From Alphaproteobacteria bacterium HGW-Alphaproteobacteria-7 (GTDB taxonomy: Bacteria; Pseudomonadota; Alphaproteobacteria; Sphingomonadales; Sphingomonadaceae), in NCBI GenBank assembly GCA_002842735.1, contig PHEB01000020.1, forward strand, positions 579-64,578: a stretch of 64,000 nt of DNA. The letters are read 5' to 3'. Positions 53,200 to 63,314 of this stretch are shown here, one piece after another. Positions within the stretch are counted from its first letter, which is position 1. Each line of letters starts with the position of its first letter. The notes beneath the pieces were generated by a model. That model was not told the DNA's origin. It saw nothing but the letters and a program-made list of their open reading frames with translations, and searched no databases. The translations under genes were made by a program, and so were the position numbers.

Positions 53200-55118
53200 T
53201 TGAGCGGCAGGATCTGCTGGATGATGAACCGTGCCGCTTCGTCTGGCGTCATATCCACCGTGTTGACCCGGATTTCGGGATTTTCGGGCGCTTCGTAGGG
53301 GCTGTCGATCCCGGTGAAGTTCTTGAGCCTCCCGGCACGCGCTTTCTTGTAGAGGCCCTTCACATCGCGGCTTTCGGCCACTTCCAGCGGCGTATCGACG
53401 AAGATTTCGATGAATTCGCCAGGTTCCAGCATGTCGCGCACCATCTGGCGTTCAGCGCGGAACGGCGAGATAAACGCGGTGAGCACGATCAGCCCAGCGT
53501 CCGCCATCAGTTTGGCAACTTCGCCCACGCGGCGGATATTTTCGATCCGGTCGGCCTCGGTAAAGCCCAGATCGCGGTTGAGACCGTGGCGGACATTGTC
53601 GCCATCCAGAAGGAAGGTGTGGCGGTTCATCACAAACAGCTGTTTTTCGACTTCGTTGGCGATAGTCGATTTGCCGCTACCCGAAAGCCCGGTGAACCAC
53701 AGCACACGCGCGCGCTGGTTCTTCATGCTCGCGTGATCATCGCGGGTGATCGCGGTCGGCTGCCAATGGACATTATCGGCGCGGCGCAGGCTGAAGGCGA
53801 TCATCCCCGCAGCCACGGTCGCGTTGGTGAACTTGTCGATCAGGATGAACCCACCCAGCTGGCGACTTTCCGCATAGGGCTCAAACACGATCGGGCGATC
53901 GGTGGCAAATTCAGCCACGCCGATGGCGTTCAGCCCCAGCGTCTTGGCCGCCAGATGTTCGAGGCTATTGACGTCTATCTCGTATTTTGGTGGCTGCACG
54001 GTCGCGGTGACGGTTTGCGTGCCAAGTTTGAGCCAATAGCCGCGCCCGGGCTTCAACGCCTCTTCGTCCATCCACACCAGAGTCGCGCTGAATTGATCGG
54101 ACGCCTGCGGCGGATCGCCCGCAACCGCGATCACATCGCCGCGGCTGCAATCGACCTCGTCTGTCAGTGTCAGCGTGACCGACTGGCCCGCGACCGCTTC
54201 GTCCAGTTCGCCCGCAAAGGTAACGATTGATTTGACCGTGCTGGTCTTGCCCGACGGAACGATCCGCACCGCATCGCCAGCGCGGATGGTGCCGCTGGCA
54301 ATCAATCCGGCGAAACCGCGAAAATCGAGATTGGGGCGGTTGACCCACTGCACCGGCATCCGGAACGGCTGACTTTGCGCGGCAGCGGCATCCACCTCCA
54401 CCGATTCAAGGTGCTCGATCAGCGCCGGGCCATCATACCATGGGGTGTTGGCCGAGGGCGAAGCCGTGATATTGTCGCCTTTGAACCCCGAAATCGGGAT
54501 CGCGGTGAAGGCGCCTATCCCGATGCTGGTCGCAAACGCGCGGTAATCAGCCACGATTGCGTCAAACACTGCCTGATCATAGCCGACCAGATCCATCTTG
54601 TTCACCGCCAGCACCACGTTCCGGATGCCGAGCAGGTGGACGAGAAAAGAGTGCCGCCGCGTCTGCTGCAACACCCCCTTGCGCGCATCAATCAGGATCA
54701 CCGCAAGATCAGCGGTCGATGCGCCGGTCACCATATTGCGGGTATATTGTTCGTGCCCCGGCGTATCGGCGACGATGAACTTGCGCTTTTCGGTGGCGAA
54801 AAAGCGGTAGGCGACATCAATCGTGATGCCCTGTTCGCGCTCCGCCGCAAGGCCATCGACCAGCAGCGCGAAGTCAATCTCTTCGCCTTGGGTGCCGTGG
54901 CGTTTGCTGTCGCTTTCGAGCGCGGCGAGCTGATCTTCGAAGATCATCTTGGAATCATACAATAGCCGCCCGATCAGGGTGGACTTGCCATCATCCACGC
55001 TGCCGCAGGTGATAAACCGCAGCAGGCTCTTGTGCTGATGCGCGGCAAGATAGGCGTCGATATCCTCTGCGATCAGTGCATCGGTCTGGAAGCTTGGGGT
55101 GGTGGTTTGATCGGTCAT
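53196..55118 (-). CDS. cysNC: bifunctional sulfate adenylyltransferase subunit 1 / adenylylsulfate kinase
   Basis: GTPase motifs [22 protein letters not shown]-terminal APS kinase [11 protein letters not shown]. Confidence 0.92.
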   Translation of the reverse strand: MTDQTTTPSFQTDALIAEDIDAYLAAHQHKSLLRFITCGSVDDGKSTLIGRLLYDSKMIFEDQLAALESDSKRHGTQGEEIDFALLVDGLAAEREQGITIDVAYRFFATEKRKFIVADTPGHEQYTRNMVTGASTADLAVILIDARKGVLQQTRRHSFLVHLLGIRNVVLAVNKMDLVGYDQAVFDAIVADYRAFATSIGIGAFTAIPISGFKGDNITASPSANTPWYDGPALIEHLESVEVDAAAAQSQPFRMPVQWVNRPNLDFRGFAGLIASGTIRAGDAVRIVPSGKTSTVKSIVTFAGELDEAVAGQSVTLTLTDEVDCSRGDVIAVAGDPPQASDQFSATLVWMDEEALKPGRGYWLKLGTQTVTATVQPPKYEIDVNSLEHLAAKTLGLNAIGVAEFATDRPIVFEPYAESRQLGGFILIDKFTNATVAAGMIAFSLRRADNVHWQPTAITRDDHASMKNQRARVLWFTGLSGSGKSTIANEVEKQLFVMNRHTFLLDGDNVRHGLNRDLGFTEADRIENIRRVGEVAKLMADAGLIVLTAFISPFRAERQMVRDMLEPGEFIEIFVDTPLEVAESRDVKGLYKKARAGRLKNFTGIDSPYEAPENPEIRVNTVDMTPDEAARFIIQQILPLK

Positions 55119-55128
55119 AACTCAAAAT

Positions 55129-55219
55129 CCGTTCGTGCTGAGCCTGTCGAAGCACTGCACTTCTTTGTGCTCGGCATCCGAAAGAAAGGACAGCCCTTCG
55201 ACAAGCTCAGGGCGAACGG
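55129..55219. repeat. palindromic intergenic element inside the cysD-cysNC spacer (24-nt imperfect arms)
   Basis: CCGTTCGTGCTGAGCCTGTCGAAG(55129-55152) pairs with CTTCGACAAGCTCAGGGCGAACGG(55196-55219), 21/24 complementary. An inner AGCAC/GTGCT hairpin is also present. Confidence 0.8.
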
Positions 55220-55228
55220 AGCTTGGCA

Positions 55229-55251
55229 AACCCCGGATCAAGTCCGGGGTT
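55229..55251. repeat. second short hairpin element in the cysD-cysNC spacer
   Basis: AACCCCGGA-tcaag-TCCGGGGTT, 9-bp perfect stem. Confidence 0.8.
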
Positions 55252-55288
55252 GACCTTTCATCAGCCGCTGCGCGTCCGGCGTGGCAGG

Positions 55289-56200
55289 TCAAAAATACCC
55301 CTCCTGCTTTTTCTTCTCCATGCTGGCGTCGCCGCCGTCTTTGTCGATCACCCGGCCCTGGCGTTCGCTGGTGGTGGTGAGCAACATTTCCTGCACGACT
55401 TCGGACAAGGTGGAGGCGGTGCTTTCAACCGCGCCGGTCAGCGGGAAGCAGCCGAGCGTGCGAAACCGGATGGATCGCGTGGTGATTTCGGGCTTGCAAC
55501 CCATTGCCTGCTCCAACCGGGGCAGATCATCAGCCATGAACAGCCCGCCTTCATATTCGTAAGTCGGGCGCGGGGCGGCGAAATAGAGCGGCACGATCTC
55601 GATATTTTCGGCCATGATATATTGCCAGATGTCGAGTTCGGTCCAGTTGGAGATCGGGAACACCCGGATGCTTTCGCCCTTCTTTTTGCGGGTGTTGTAA
55701 AGGTTCCAGAGTTCCGGGCGCTGATTTTTCGGATCCCAGCCGTGGTGTGCTGTGCGGAAACTGAACACGCGTTCCTTGGCGCGGCTTTTTTCCTCATCAC
55801 GCCGCGCGCCGCCGAAGGCAACATCAAATCCGTGAAGGTCGAGCGCCTGTTTCAGCCCTTGCGTCTTCCACATGTCGGTGTGCAGCGGGCCGTGTTCGAA
55901 CGGGTTGATCCCGCGCGCTTTGGCTTCGGGGTTGTGATAGACTAGCAGCTCCATCCCGGCATCGCGCGCAGCCTTTTCGCGCAAGGCATACATGTCCTTG
56001 AACTTCCAGGTGGTGTCGACATGCAGTAGCGGAAACGGCGGAGGCGCGGGGTAGAATGCCTTTTTGGCAAGATGCAGCATCACCGCTGAATCCTTACCCA
56101 CCGAATAAAGCATAACCGGCTTTTCCGCCTCGGCCACGACTTCACGCAAGATATGGATGCTTTCGGCTTCGAGCCGTTCGAGATGGGTCAGGCTGCGCAT
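55289..56200 (-). CDS. cysD: sulfate adenylyltransferase subunit 2
   Basis: [54 protein letters not shown]. Confidence 0.93.
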   Translation of the reverse strand: MRSLTHLERLEAESIHILREVVAEAEKPVMLYSVGKDSAVMLHLAKKAFYPAPPPFPLLHVDTTWKFKDMYALREKAARDAGMELLVYHNPEAKARGINPFEHGPLHTDMWKTQGLKQALDLHGFDVAFGGARRDEEKSRAKERVFSFRTAHHGWDPKNQRPELWNLYNTRKKKGESIRVFPISNWTELDIWQYIMAENIEIVPLYFAAPRPTYEYEGGLFMADDLPRLEQAMGCKPEITTRSIRFRTLGCFPLTGAVESTASTLSEVVQEMLLTTTSERQGRVIDKDGGDASMEKKKQEGYF

Positions 56201-56407
56201 AATTTGCAGCTACACGCAGAACCGCGCAAGACAAGCACAGTTTTGGTTGGGGCAGGCCAAGCGCAGGCATTGGATAGGGGGAACGCCAGCGGGCCGATAG
56301 GTGACAAACAAGATGGGTTATCCTTGCGCCATGTTTGTCGCGAGGCTACGCGCAAACGACACGATCGCGAACGTATTTTTCGGACGGAAGGACCACCGGG
56401 GCCGCCA

Positions 56408-59254
56408 ATGGCGATACCATTGACGCTTATTACGCTGGTGGCGCTGCCGTTCCTTGCTGCGCTGATGATTGCGCTGCTGCACGACGCTTCGCGCGCGGTG
56501 CATTCGGGCATTGCAGGCGGGGCCAGTGCGCTTGGCCTCGGCCTGTTGGTGATGCTGGCTGGGCCGGTGATCGGTGGAGATGTGCCGTCTGCATCGTGGC
56601 AATGGGTGCCGTCGCTGGGGCTGGATCTGACGCTGATGGTCGATCCGCTCGGGCTGCTGTTTGGCGGGTTGATCCTGGGCATTGGCCTGCTGGTGGTGAT
56701 CTTCGCCCATTTCTATCTCTATGCGGGTGAGGCGACCGGGCGGTTCTTTGCCAGCCTTATGCTGTTTCAGGGCGCGATGCTGGGCATTGTGATCGCGGGC
56801 AATGTATTGTTACTGCTGGTGTTCTGGGAGCTGACCAGCCTGTCTTCGTTCCTGCTGATCGGGTTCTGGCAGCACAAAGCCGAAGCGCGGCAGGGCGCGC
56901 GCATGGCGCTGGCGATTACTGGCGGCGGGGGTTTGGCGCTGATTGGCGGCATGGTGCTGCTGGGGCTGATCGCGGGATCGTTTGATCTGGCCACGATCCT
57001 TGAGCGCGGCGATTTGGTGCGTGCTTCGCCACTTTACCCGGTAATGCTGGGGCTGATCCTGATCGGATGTTTCACCAAATCAGCGCAGTTCCCGTTTCAT
57101 TTCTGGCTGCCCCACGCGATGGCAGCGCCTACCCCGGTCAGCGCTTACCTGCATTCTGCAACGATGGTGAAAGCGGGCGTGTTCCTGTTGGCGCGGTTGT
57201 GGCCGGTGTTGGCGGGGACCGAAGCTTTCACCGTGATCGTCAGCAGCGTCGGCCTCGTCACGATGGTGTTTGGCGCGGGCGTGGCGTTATTCCGGCATGA
57301 CCTGAAAAGCATCCTCGCCTATTCGACCATCAGCCAGCTGGGCCTGCTGGTGATGTTGCTGGGGTTCTCGCTGGAGATGGCGGCGCTGGCTGCGGTGTTG
57401 CACATCCTCAACCACGCCGCATTCAAAGCCGCGCTGTTCATGAGCGCCGGGATCGTCGAGCATGAAACCGGCACACGCGATATCCGGCGACTGGGCGGGC
57501 TCGCCAAGGTGATGCCGATCACGGCGCTGATCGCCACCCTTGCCGCCGCATCAATGGCCGGGCTGCCGCCGCTGGGCGGGTTCATATCAAAAGAACTGAT
57601 GCTCTATCAGACGCCCGACCTGGTGCTCCTAGGCCTGCCATGGCTGGTGCCGGCGCTGGCAACCATCGGGGCAACGCTTTCGGTCGGCTATTCGCTGCGG
57701 CTCGCCCGACATCTGTTTTTCGGCCACCCGCGCGAGGCCGAGCCTCACGCGCGCGCGCATGATCCGGGCTTTGGCATGTGGGCTGCACCTGCTGTCTTGA
57801 CGCTGCTGGCGGTTTTGCTGGGACTGATCCCGATGTTGCTGGCCGGGCCGCTGGTGGGTGCAGTGACAGGGGCCGTGATCGGCGGCGCGGCGCCTGAATT
57901 TGATCTGGCGCTGTGGCACGGGGTGAACCTTGCGCTGATCCTCAGCCTCATCGCAGTCGCGGGCGGTGTGCTCCTGTTGTGGCAGCACGCACGGCTGCTG
58001 ACCCTGTGGGAGCGCGCGGGGCTGCCGGATGCCAAGCAGATGTATGAACGCACAATTGGCTTTGCCGACACATGGGTGCGCAAAGCCATTGTCGCAACGC
58101 ACACGCCATCGTTGCAGCGGATGCTGTTGGCGAGCTTTGCCGTTATCGTCGCACTGGTGATTGATGGCGCGCTGGTGGGTGGCGGGGTGTTCACTGGCAC
58201 GCGCCTGGGCCTGCCCGCCTCGCCCCCGGCAATCATTGCCTGGGTGCTGTTGATCGCGGCAACGGCCGCAGTGGTGAACGATTCGCGCAACCGTTTCCGG
58301 GTGTTGATTTACATCAGCGCCATCGGCCTGATCGTCAGCCTTGCCTTCGTGCGGTTTTCCGCGCCTGATCTCGCGCTGACGCAGATTTCGGTAGAGGTCG
58401 TTACCATCCTGCTGTTGTTGCTGGCGCTCAACCTGTTGCCCAAAGATCCGCCACTGCTGTCGGCTGCGCCGCGCAAATGGCGCGATGGCGCATTGGCGAT
58501 TGTGGGCGGTGTGCTGATCGGCGGGGTGGCATGGGCGATGCTGACCCGCGATCCGGGCGCGAGCATTGCGGCCTATCACCTCGCCAATGCCAAGCCCGGC
58601 GGGGGCGGCACCAATGTCGTCAACGTCATCCTTGTCGATTTCCGCGCGTTTGATACGCTGGGCGAAATCATTGTGCTCGGCATCGCTGGCTTGGGCATTT
58701 TTGCGCTGCTGGATACCACAGCAGTCGGCGCAGCAGGCGCGCGATTGCGGCGCTGGCGCGAAGACATGCCGCATTCGCCCGAACGCCACCCGATGATGCT
58801 GCTCATGGCCAGCCGCATCGTCCTGCCTTTGACGCTGACGGTGGGGATATTCCTGTTCTTGCGTGGCCATAACCAGCCTGGCGGCGGCTTTATCGCGGCG
58901 CTGGTGGTGGCGATTGCGTTCCTGGTGCAATATCTCGCAGCCGGGTTTGACTGGTCGGATGCACGGCGGCGGTTCAGCGAGCATCGCCTGATCGCGTGGG
59001 GCGTGCTGACTGCGATGGCGACCGGGTTGGGCGCAGTGGTGTTTGGCGCGAACTTCCTTACATCAACCTTCGATTATTTCACGCTGCCGCTGATTGGCGA
59101 GTTTGAATTGGCCAGCGCGATGCTGTTTGATGTCGGCGTGTTCCTGACCGTATTCGGCGCGGTGATGCTGGCGCTCGCACAACTCAGCCATATCGCGCAG
59201 CGCGCCGCCCGGGCCCATGCCGCGACGCTGGCGGACGAAAAGGACGCGCCATGA
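56408..59254 (+). CDS. mrpA: monovalent cation/H+ antiporter subunit A (fused MrpA/MrpB type)
   Basis: ATG 56408 lies inside the longer track ORF. 948 aa, polytopic, NuoL-like ([26 protein letters not shown]). The C-terminal MrpB-like part has [18 protein letters not shown]. Confidence 0.88.
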   Translation: MAIPLTLITLVALPFLAALMIALLHDASRAVHSGIAGGASALGLGLLVMLAGPVIGGDVPSASWQWVPSLGLDLTLMVDPLGLLFGGLILGIGLLVVIFAHFYLYAGEATGRFFASLMLFQGAMLGIVIAGNVLLLLVFWELTSLSSFLLIGFWQHKAEARQGARMALAITGGGGLALIGGMVLLGLIAGSFDLATILERGDLVRASPLYPVMLGLILIGCFTKSAQFPFHFWLPHAMAAPTPVSAYLHSATMVKAGVFLLARLWPVLAGTEAFTVIVSSVGLVTMVFGAGVALFRHDLKSILAYSTISQLGLLVMLLGFSLEMAALAAVLHILNHAAFKAALFMSAGIVEHETGTRDIRRLGGLAKVMPITALIATLAAASMAGLPPLGGFISKELMLYQTPDLVLLGLPWLVPALATIGATLSVGYSLRLARHLFFGHPREAEPHARAHDPGFGMWAAPAVLTLLAVLLGLIPMLLAGPLVGAVTGAVIGGAAPEFDLALWHGVNLALILSLIAVAGGVLLLWQHARLLTLWERAGLPDAKQMYERTIGFADTWVRKAIVATHTPSLQRMLLASFAVIVALVIDGALVGGGVFTGTRLGLPASPPAIIAWVLLIAATAAVVNDSRNRFRVLIYISAIGLIVSLAFVRFSAPDLALTQISVEVVTILLLLLALNLLPKDPPLLSAAPRKWRDGALAIVGGVLIGGVAWAMLTRDPGASIAAYHLANAKPGGGGTNVVNVILVDFRAFDTLGEIIVLGIAGLGIFALLDTTAVGAAGARLRRWREDMPHSPERHPMMLLMASRIVLPLTLTVGIFLFLRGHNQPGGGFIAALVVAIAFLVQYLAAGFDWSDARRRFSEHRLIAWGVLTAMATGLGAVVFGANFLTSTFDYFTLPLIGEFELASAMLFDVGVFLTVFGAVMLALAQLSHIAQRAARAHAATLADEKDAP

Positions 59255-59637
59255 CCTATGAATTTCTGGTGGCGAGCGCGATTGGGGTGCTGGTGGCGGG
59301 CGGCATCTTTCTGGCTCTGCGTGCGCGCACGTTTCAGGTGGTGCTGGGCCTCACGCTGCTGTCCTATGCGGTCAATCTGTTCCTGTTTGCGTCAGGACGG
59401 CTGGTGCTGAACCGTCCGCCAATCTGGGACAAGGCTGTGACCGAATATACCGATCCGCTACCGCAAGCGCTGGTCCTAACCGCGATTGTCATAACCTTTG
59501 GCATGACCGCGTTCGTGGTGATCCTCGCGCTGCGCAGCTTCCTTGAAAGCGGCAGCGACCATGTTGATGGTGACACGGTGACAGGCGATGCGCAGGACAG
59601 CCTCGCCAGTGATGACACGCATGGGGAGCGCCCGTGA
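59251..59637 (+). CDS. mrpC: cation/H+ antiporter subunit C
   Basis: 128 aa with ATGA overlap, NuoK-like. PLPQALVLTAIVI. Confidence 0.85.
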   Translation: MTYEFLVASAIGVLVAGGIFLALRARTFQVVLGLTLLSYAVNLFLFASGRLVLNRPPIWDKAVTEYTDPLPQALVLTAIVITFGMTAFVVILALRSFLESGSDHVDGDTVTGDAQDSLASDDTHGERP

Positions 59638-61154
59638 CGCTCGCCGATCATCTACCGATCCTGCCGGTTGCGATCCCTGCGCTTGCCGCGCCGTTCGCGC
59701 TGCTGGTGATGCGGCGGCGGCGAGCGCTGGGAATCAACATTTCGCTGGTGTCGTGCCTCGCCATGCTGGCATCCGCGATCGCCCTGATGACACAGGTCAG
59801 CGACGGGACGATCCTCGCCTACGAATTGGGCAATTGGCCTGCACCATTCGGCATTGTGTTGGTGGCAGACCGGCTGGCGGCGATGATGCTGGTGCTGGCG
59901 GCTACCCTCGCGCTGATCGCACTGCTGCACGCGGTGGTCACGCGCGCTGACCGTAAGGGCTGGCATTTCCACCCGCTGTTCCAGTTTCAGATGATGGGAT
60001 TGAACGGCGCGTTCCTGACCGGTGACCTGTTCAACCTGTTTGTTTTTTTCGAGGTTCTGCTGATCGCCTCCTACGGGCTGATGCTGCACGGCCAAGGCCC
60101 GGCACGGTTGAAGGCCGGGTTGCAATATGTGGTCGTCAACCTTGTCGGGTCATCGCTGTTTCTGATCGCGCTGGGGCTGCTTTATGCGCTGACCGGGACG
60201 CTCAACATGGCCGACATGGGGCTACGAGTGGCAGCATTGGCGCCCGAGGATCAGGGCCTGCTGCGCATTGCCGCGCTGCTATTGGTCAGCGTGTTTGCAC
60301 TGAAAGCGGCGGTCGCGCCGCTGCATCTGTGGCTGGTGCGGACCTACGCCGTATCAACCCCCGCAGTGGCGGCGCTGTTTGCGATTATGACCAAGGTCGG
60401 TGTCTATTCGCTGATCCGGGTTGTGCCGCAGGTGTTTGGCGATGGCGCGGGCGCTGCGGCTTGGGTTCCGGCACCTTATCTACTTCCGGCGGCGATGGTA
60501 AGCGCAGGTATCGGGTTTGCAGGCGTGTTCGTGGCCCGCAGCCTGTCCGAACAGGCTGCCTATCTGGTGATCGGATCAACCGGCACGTTGTTGATCGCGG
60601 TGGCGGGCTGGCAGACGGCAACATTGGGAGCGGCGCTCTATTATCTCGTCCATTCGACAATCGCGGCGGCGGCGCTGTTTCTGGTGGCCGCCGTGGTGGC
60701 GAGACGGCGAGGCGGGTTTGCTGATAATGCCAGCCCCGGCCCAGATTTTGCCGACCGTAGCGCAGTAGGACTGATGTTCATGCTCGCGGCAATCGCGGCA
60801 ACCGGTCTGCCACCGTTATCAGGTTTCATCGGCAAGCTGATGATCCTGAAATCGGTGGCTGCCCTGCCCGATTGGGGTTGGGCGTGGGGGGTGATTCTGG
60901 TTACGACTTTGTTCGGAATTATCGGTTTCGCCCGCGTGGGCAGCACGCTGTTCTGGAAGCGGGCACTAAGCGGCGAGGCGACTGCGCCTGCCGCCACGCG
61001 CGCCGATCTTGTCGCACCTGCGATTGCGCTGGCACTGCTGGCAGCGCTATCCGCCGGAGCGGGTTGGGCCAGTGCCTATGCCAACGCCGCCGCGGCGCAG
61101 GTGCTCGACCCGGCATTGTCCGCCCGCGCAGTGCTGGGTGAGGTTGCGCAATGA
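59634..61154 (+). CDS. mrpD: cation/H+ antiporter subunit D
   Basis: 506 aa with GTGA overlap, NuoN/M-like. FNLFVFFEVLLIASY, KAAVAPLHLWL. Confidence 0.88.
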   Translation: MTLADHLPILPVAIPALAAPFALLVMRRRRALGINISLVSCLAMLASAIALMTQVSDGTILAYELGNWPAPFGIVLVADRLAAMMLVLAATLALIALLHAVVTRADRKGWHFHPLFQFQMMGLNGAFLTGDLFNLFVFFEVLLIASYGLMLHGQGPARLKAGLQYVVVNLVGSSLFLIALGLLYALTGTLNMADMGLRVAALAPEDQGLLRIAALLLVSVFALKAAVAPLHLWLVRTYAVSTPAVAALFAIMTKVGVYSLIRVVPQVFGDGAGAAAWVPAPYLLPAAMVSAGIGFAGVFVARSLSEQAAYLVIGSTGTLLIAVAGWQTATLGAALYYLVHSTIAAAALFLVAAVVARRRGGFADNASPGPDFADRSAVGLMFMLAAIAATGLPPLSGFIGKLMILKSVAALPDWGWAWGVILVTTLFGIIGFARVGSTLFWKRALSGEATAPAATRADLVAPAIALALLAALSAGAGWASAYANAAAAQVLDPALSARAVLGEVAQ

Positions 61155-61636
61155 GCCGTCTGTTGCCGCATCCAGGCCTCAGCGTATTGCTGGTGGTGAT
61201 GTGGATGGTGATGGTGGGCGACCTCACCTTTGGCACATTGTTCCTGGGGTTGGTCCTGGGTTTTGCCATCCCGTTGTTCACCGCGCCGTGGTGGCCGGGA
61301 CGCCCGAAGGTGCGTTACCTGTCCGCACTTGGCTATTGCGGGCTTGTGGTGTGGGACATCATCATCGCCAATTTCGAAGTTGCAGCGATCATTTTGTTCA
61401 AGCCCAATCGCGACCTGCGCCCGGCGTGGCTGGCGATACCGCTCGAACTGACCTCACCTGAGGCGATTACCGTATTCGCCGGGACGATCAGCCTCACGCC
61501 CGGAACGGTGTCGAGCGATATCTCGGCCTGCGGCAAATATCTGCTCGTCCACGCGCTCCACGCGCCCGACCCGGCGAGTGAGATCGCCAAGGTCAAAGCG
61601 CGCTACGAGGCACGGCTTATGAGGATTTTCGTATGA
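61151..61636 (+). CDS. mrpE: cation/H+ antiporter subunit E
   Basis: 161 aa with ATGA overlap. VVWDIIIANFEVA, ITLTPGTVS. Confidence 0.82.
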   Translation: MSRLLPHPGLSVLLVVMWMVMVGDLTFGTLFLGLVLGFAIPLFTAPWWPGRPKVRYLSALGYCGLVVWDIIIANFEVAAIILFKPNRDLRPAWLAIPLELTSPEAITVFAGTISLTPGTVSSDISACGKYLLVHALHAPDPASEIAKVKARYEARLMRIFV

Positions 61637-61902
61637 TCGAATATGCCCTCGGCTTTGGTTTTGTGGCGCTTGGCCTGGCGCTGGCGCTGAACCTTTGGCG
61701 ATTGCTCAAAGGGCCGGGCGTCACCGATCGCATCCTTGCGCTTGATACGATGGTGATCAACATCATCGGCATTATCGTGCTCGCCGGAATTGCTGGCGGC
61801 AGCGGCTCATCGTTCGAAGCCGCGCTCCTGCTGGCAATGGTCGGTTTTGTCGGCACCGTCGCCTATGCCAAGTTCCTGCTGCGCGGGGATATCATCGAAT
61901 GA
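61633..61902 (+). CDS. mrpF: cation/H+ antiporter subunit F
   Basis: 89 aa with ATGA overlap. GPGVTDRILALDT. Confidence 0.82.
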   Translation: MIEYALGFGFVALGLALALNLWRLLKGPGVTDRILALDTMVINIIGIIVLAGIAGGSGSSFEAALLLAMVGFVGTVAYAKFLLRGDIIE

Positions 61903-62321
61903 GCGTGCCGCTGCCCCTCGCCGAGGTTATTGTCAGTTTGCTGATCGTGATCGGCGGCAGTTTTGCGTTGATTGGAAGCTGGGGGCTGGTGCGCCTGCCT
62001 TCGCTGATGGAGCGGCTGCACGGCCCGACCAAGGCGACAACCCTGGGGCTGGGCGGAATGCTGCTCGGTTCGGTGGCCTATTTTCAGTTGGTGCGCGGTG
62101 AGTGGACCACGCACGAACTTCTGGTTTCGGTTTTCCTGTTTGTGACCGCGCCGATTTCAGCGAACTTGATCGCCAAGGTGCACCTCCACCGCCTGCGCTT
62201 GGGTGAAGCGTCTGAAGCGGCGGGCCCGGCCGGTCGGCCCGCACCACCGACAGCCGATACCGATTGGGCCACGCATGAAGCCCCCCATCTGGGTACGCCG
62301 GGCGATATGGCAGGGGACTGA
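61899..62321 (+). CDS. mrpG: cation/H+ antiporter subunit G
   Basis: 140 aa with ATGA overlap. ERLHGPTKATTLG, TAPISANLIAK. Confidence 0.82.
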   Translation: MSVPLPLAEVIVSLLIVIGGSFALIGSWGLVRLPSLMERLHGPTKATTLGLGGMLLGSVAYFQLVRGEWTTHELLVSVFLFVTAPISANLIAKVHLHRLRLGEASEAAGPAGRPAPPTADTDWATHEAPHLGTPGDMAGD

Positions 62322-62359
62322 ATTCGCTGTCAGCGCGCCCGCAAATTGCCTTCGTCAAT

Positions 62360-62815
62360 TCAAGGGGTCGATTGCCACTTCAGAGACCCTAACCTCGTAA
62401 TGGAGGTGGGGGCCAGATCAACCCCTGCATGGGGCTGATAGCGTCCGGAAAGCGGATGGAACCGATAGCCGAAACCGCTGGAGAGTCGGCCATTGTTCAA
62501 TGGAAGCCCCGCCGGATAGCCGATCAATGGCATTCCGCTGGCGTTCCGGCGCGGCCGAGTTCTTGAAAATGACACAACGCTTGCACCTGCCGCGCTACTC
62601 CTGGCCTCAAACCGCCGCTCACCCAGTTCGTCGCCAGCCTTTGCGAGGCTTATTTTCCCTACCGGTGTGGCAATGCTGATCGGTGAATAGGTTGGACTGA
62701 TCGCGTCTGCTCGTTCGCTGCCGGCAGACGCCGCACTACTCACGGAGGCTGGAGCATCCTCCGCGAACAGGTAAGCCGGGAACCACAGCGCGATGATCGC
62801 ACCTGTCCGCGCCAT
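62360..62815 (-). pseudogene. secreted M23-peptidase-like protein truncated just after the HxxxD motif
   Basis: ATG 62815 and signal-like MARTGAIIALWFPAYLFA. SSGFGYRFHPLSGRYQPHAGVDLA is the start of an M23 domain. Only 17 unrelated residues follow before the stop, with no HxH motif and no continuation in another frame. Confidence 0.5.
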
Positions 62816-62844
62816 CTGGCGCAATCCGTGGAAGAGGAGATGCT

Positions 62845-63297
62845 TTACCAAACCTGCTGCCCAAGCGCGACCAGCGCCCCCATGCCAATCGCAACGCCAT
62901 AGGGCACACCCCTTGTGTCCTTGCGAAACAGGCGCCCTCGGGATTTTATCAACATGACGATCAGCATTGCCAAACCAACCATCGAGATCGCGAAAATCAA
63001 ATTGAAAAACAGGCTGATCGGGAACCATGCTGCGACCGCTGCATAGAACTTTCCGTCACCCCCGCCCCAGACACCACCGGCAAAGAGCGCCAGCCCAATC
63101 GCCAAAGCGACGGCGAAATGCCCAAGATGGCTCAGGAAATCGGAAGGCGTTCCGCCTATTGCGGCAAACACCAATCCGGCCACCAATGTCGCAAGGCTAA
63201 GCCAGTTGGAAAGGTGCCGGTTGGCAATATCAGTCCAGGCCCCAAACCCTGCGAGGCCGGCGAACAGCAGAAAGGCAAAGATCTCAAAAGGAGGCAC
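62845..63297 (-). CDS. cpaA: A24-family prepilin peptidase (CpaA/TadV type)
   Basis: 150 aa, GTG start, polytopic. AWTDIANRHLSN, WGGGDGKFYAAVAAWF. Confidence 0.8.
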   Translation of the reverse strand: MPPFEIFAFLLFAGLAGFGAWTDIANRHLSNWLSLATLVAGLVFAAIGGTPSDFLSHLGHFAVALAIGLALFAGGVWGGGDGKFYAAVAAWFPISLFFNLIFAISMVGLAMLIVMLIKSRGRLFRKDTRGVPYGVAIGMGALVALGQQVW

Positions 63298-63314
63298 GGG
63301 TCAGCCGATCAACT

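Noticed and set aside
57629-58984. 451-aa minus-strand ORF opposite mrpA. Similar cases are 45985..47061 opposite pepN, 52983..54230 opposite cysNC and 22406..23203 opposite the desaturase.
   Set aside because: These are shadow ORFs in a high-GC genome with no recognisable domains.
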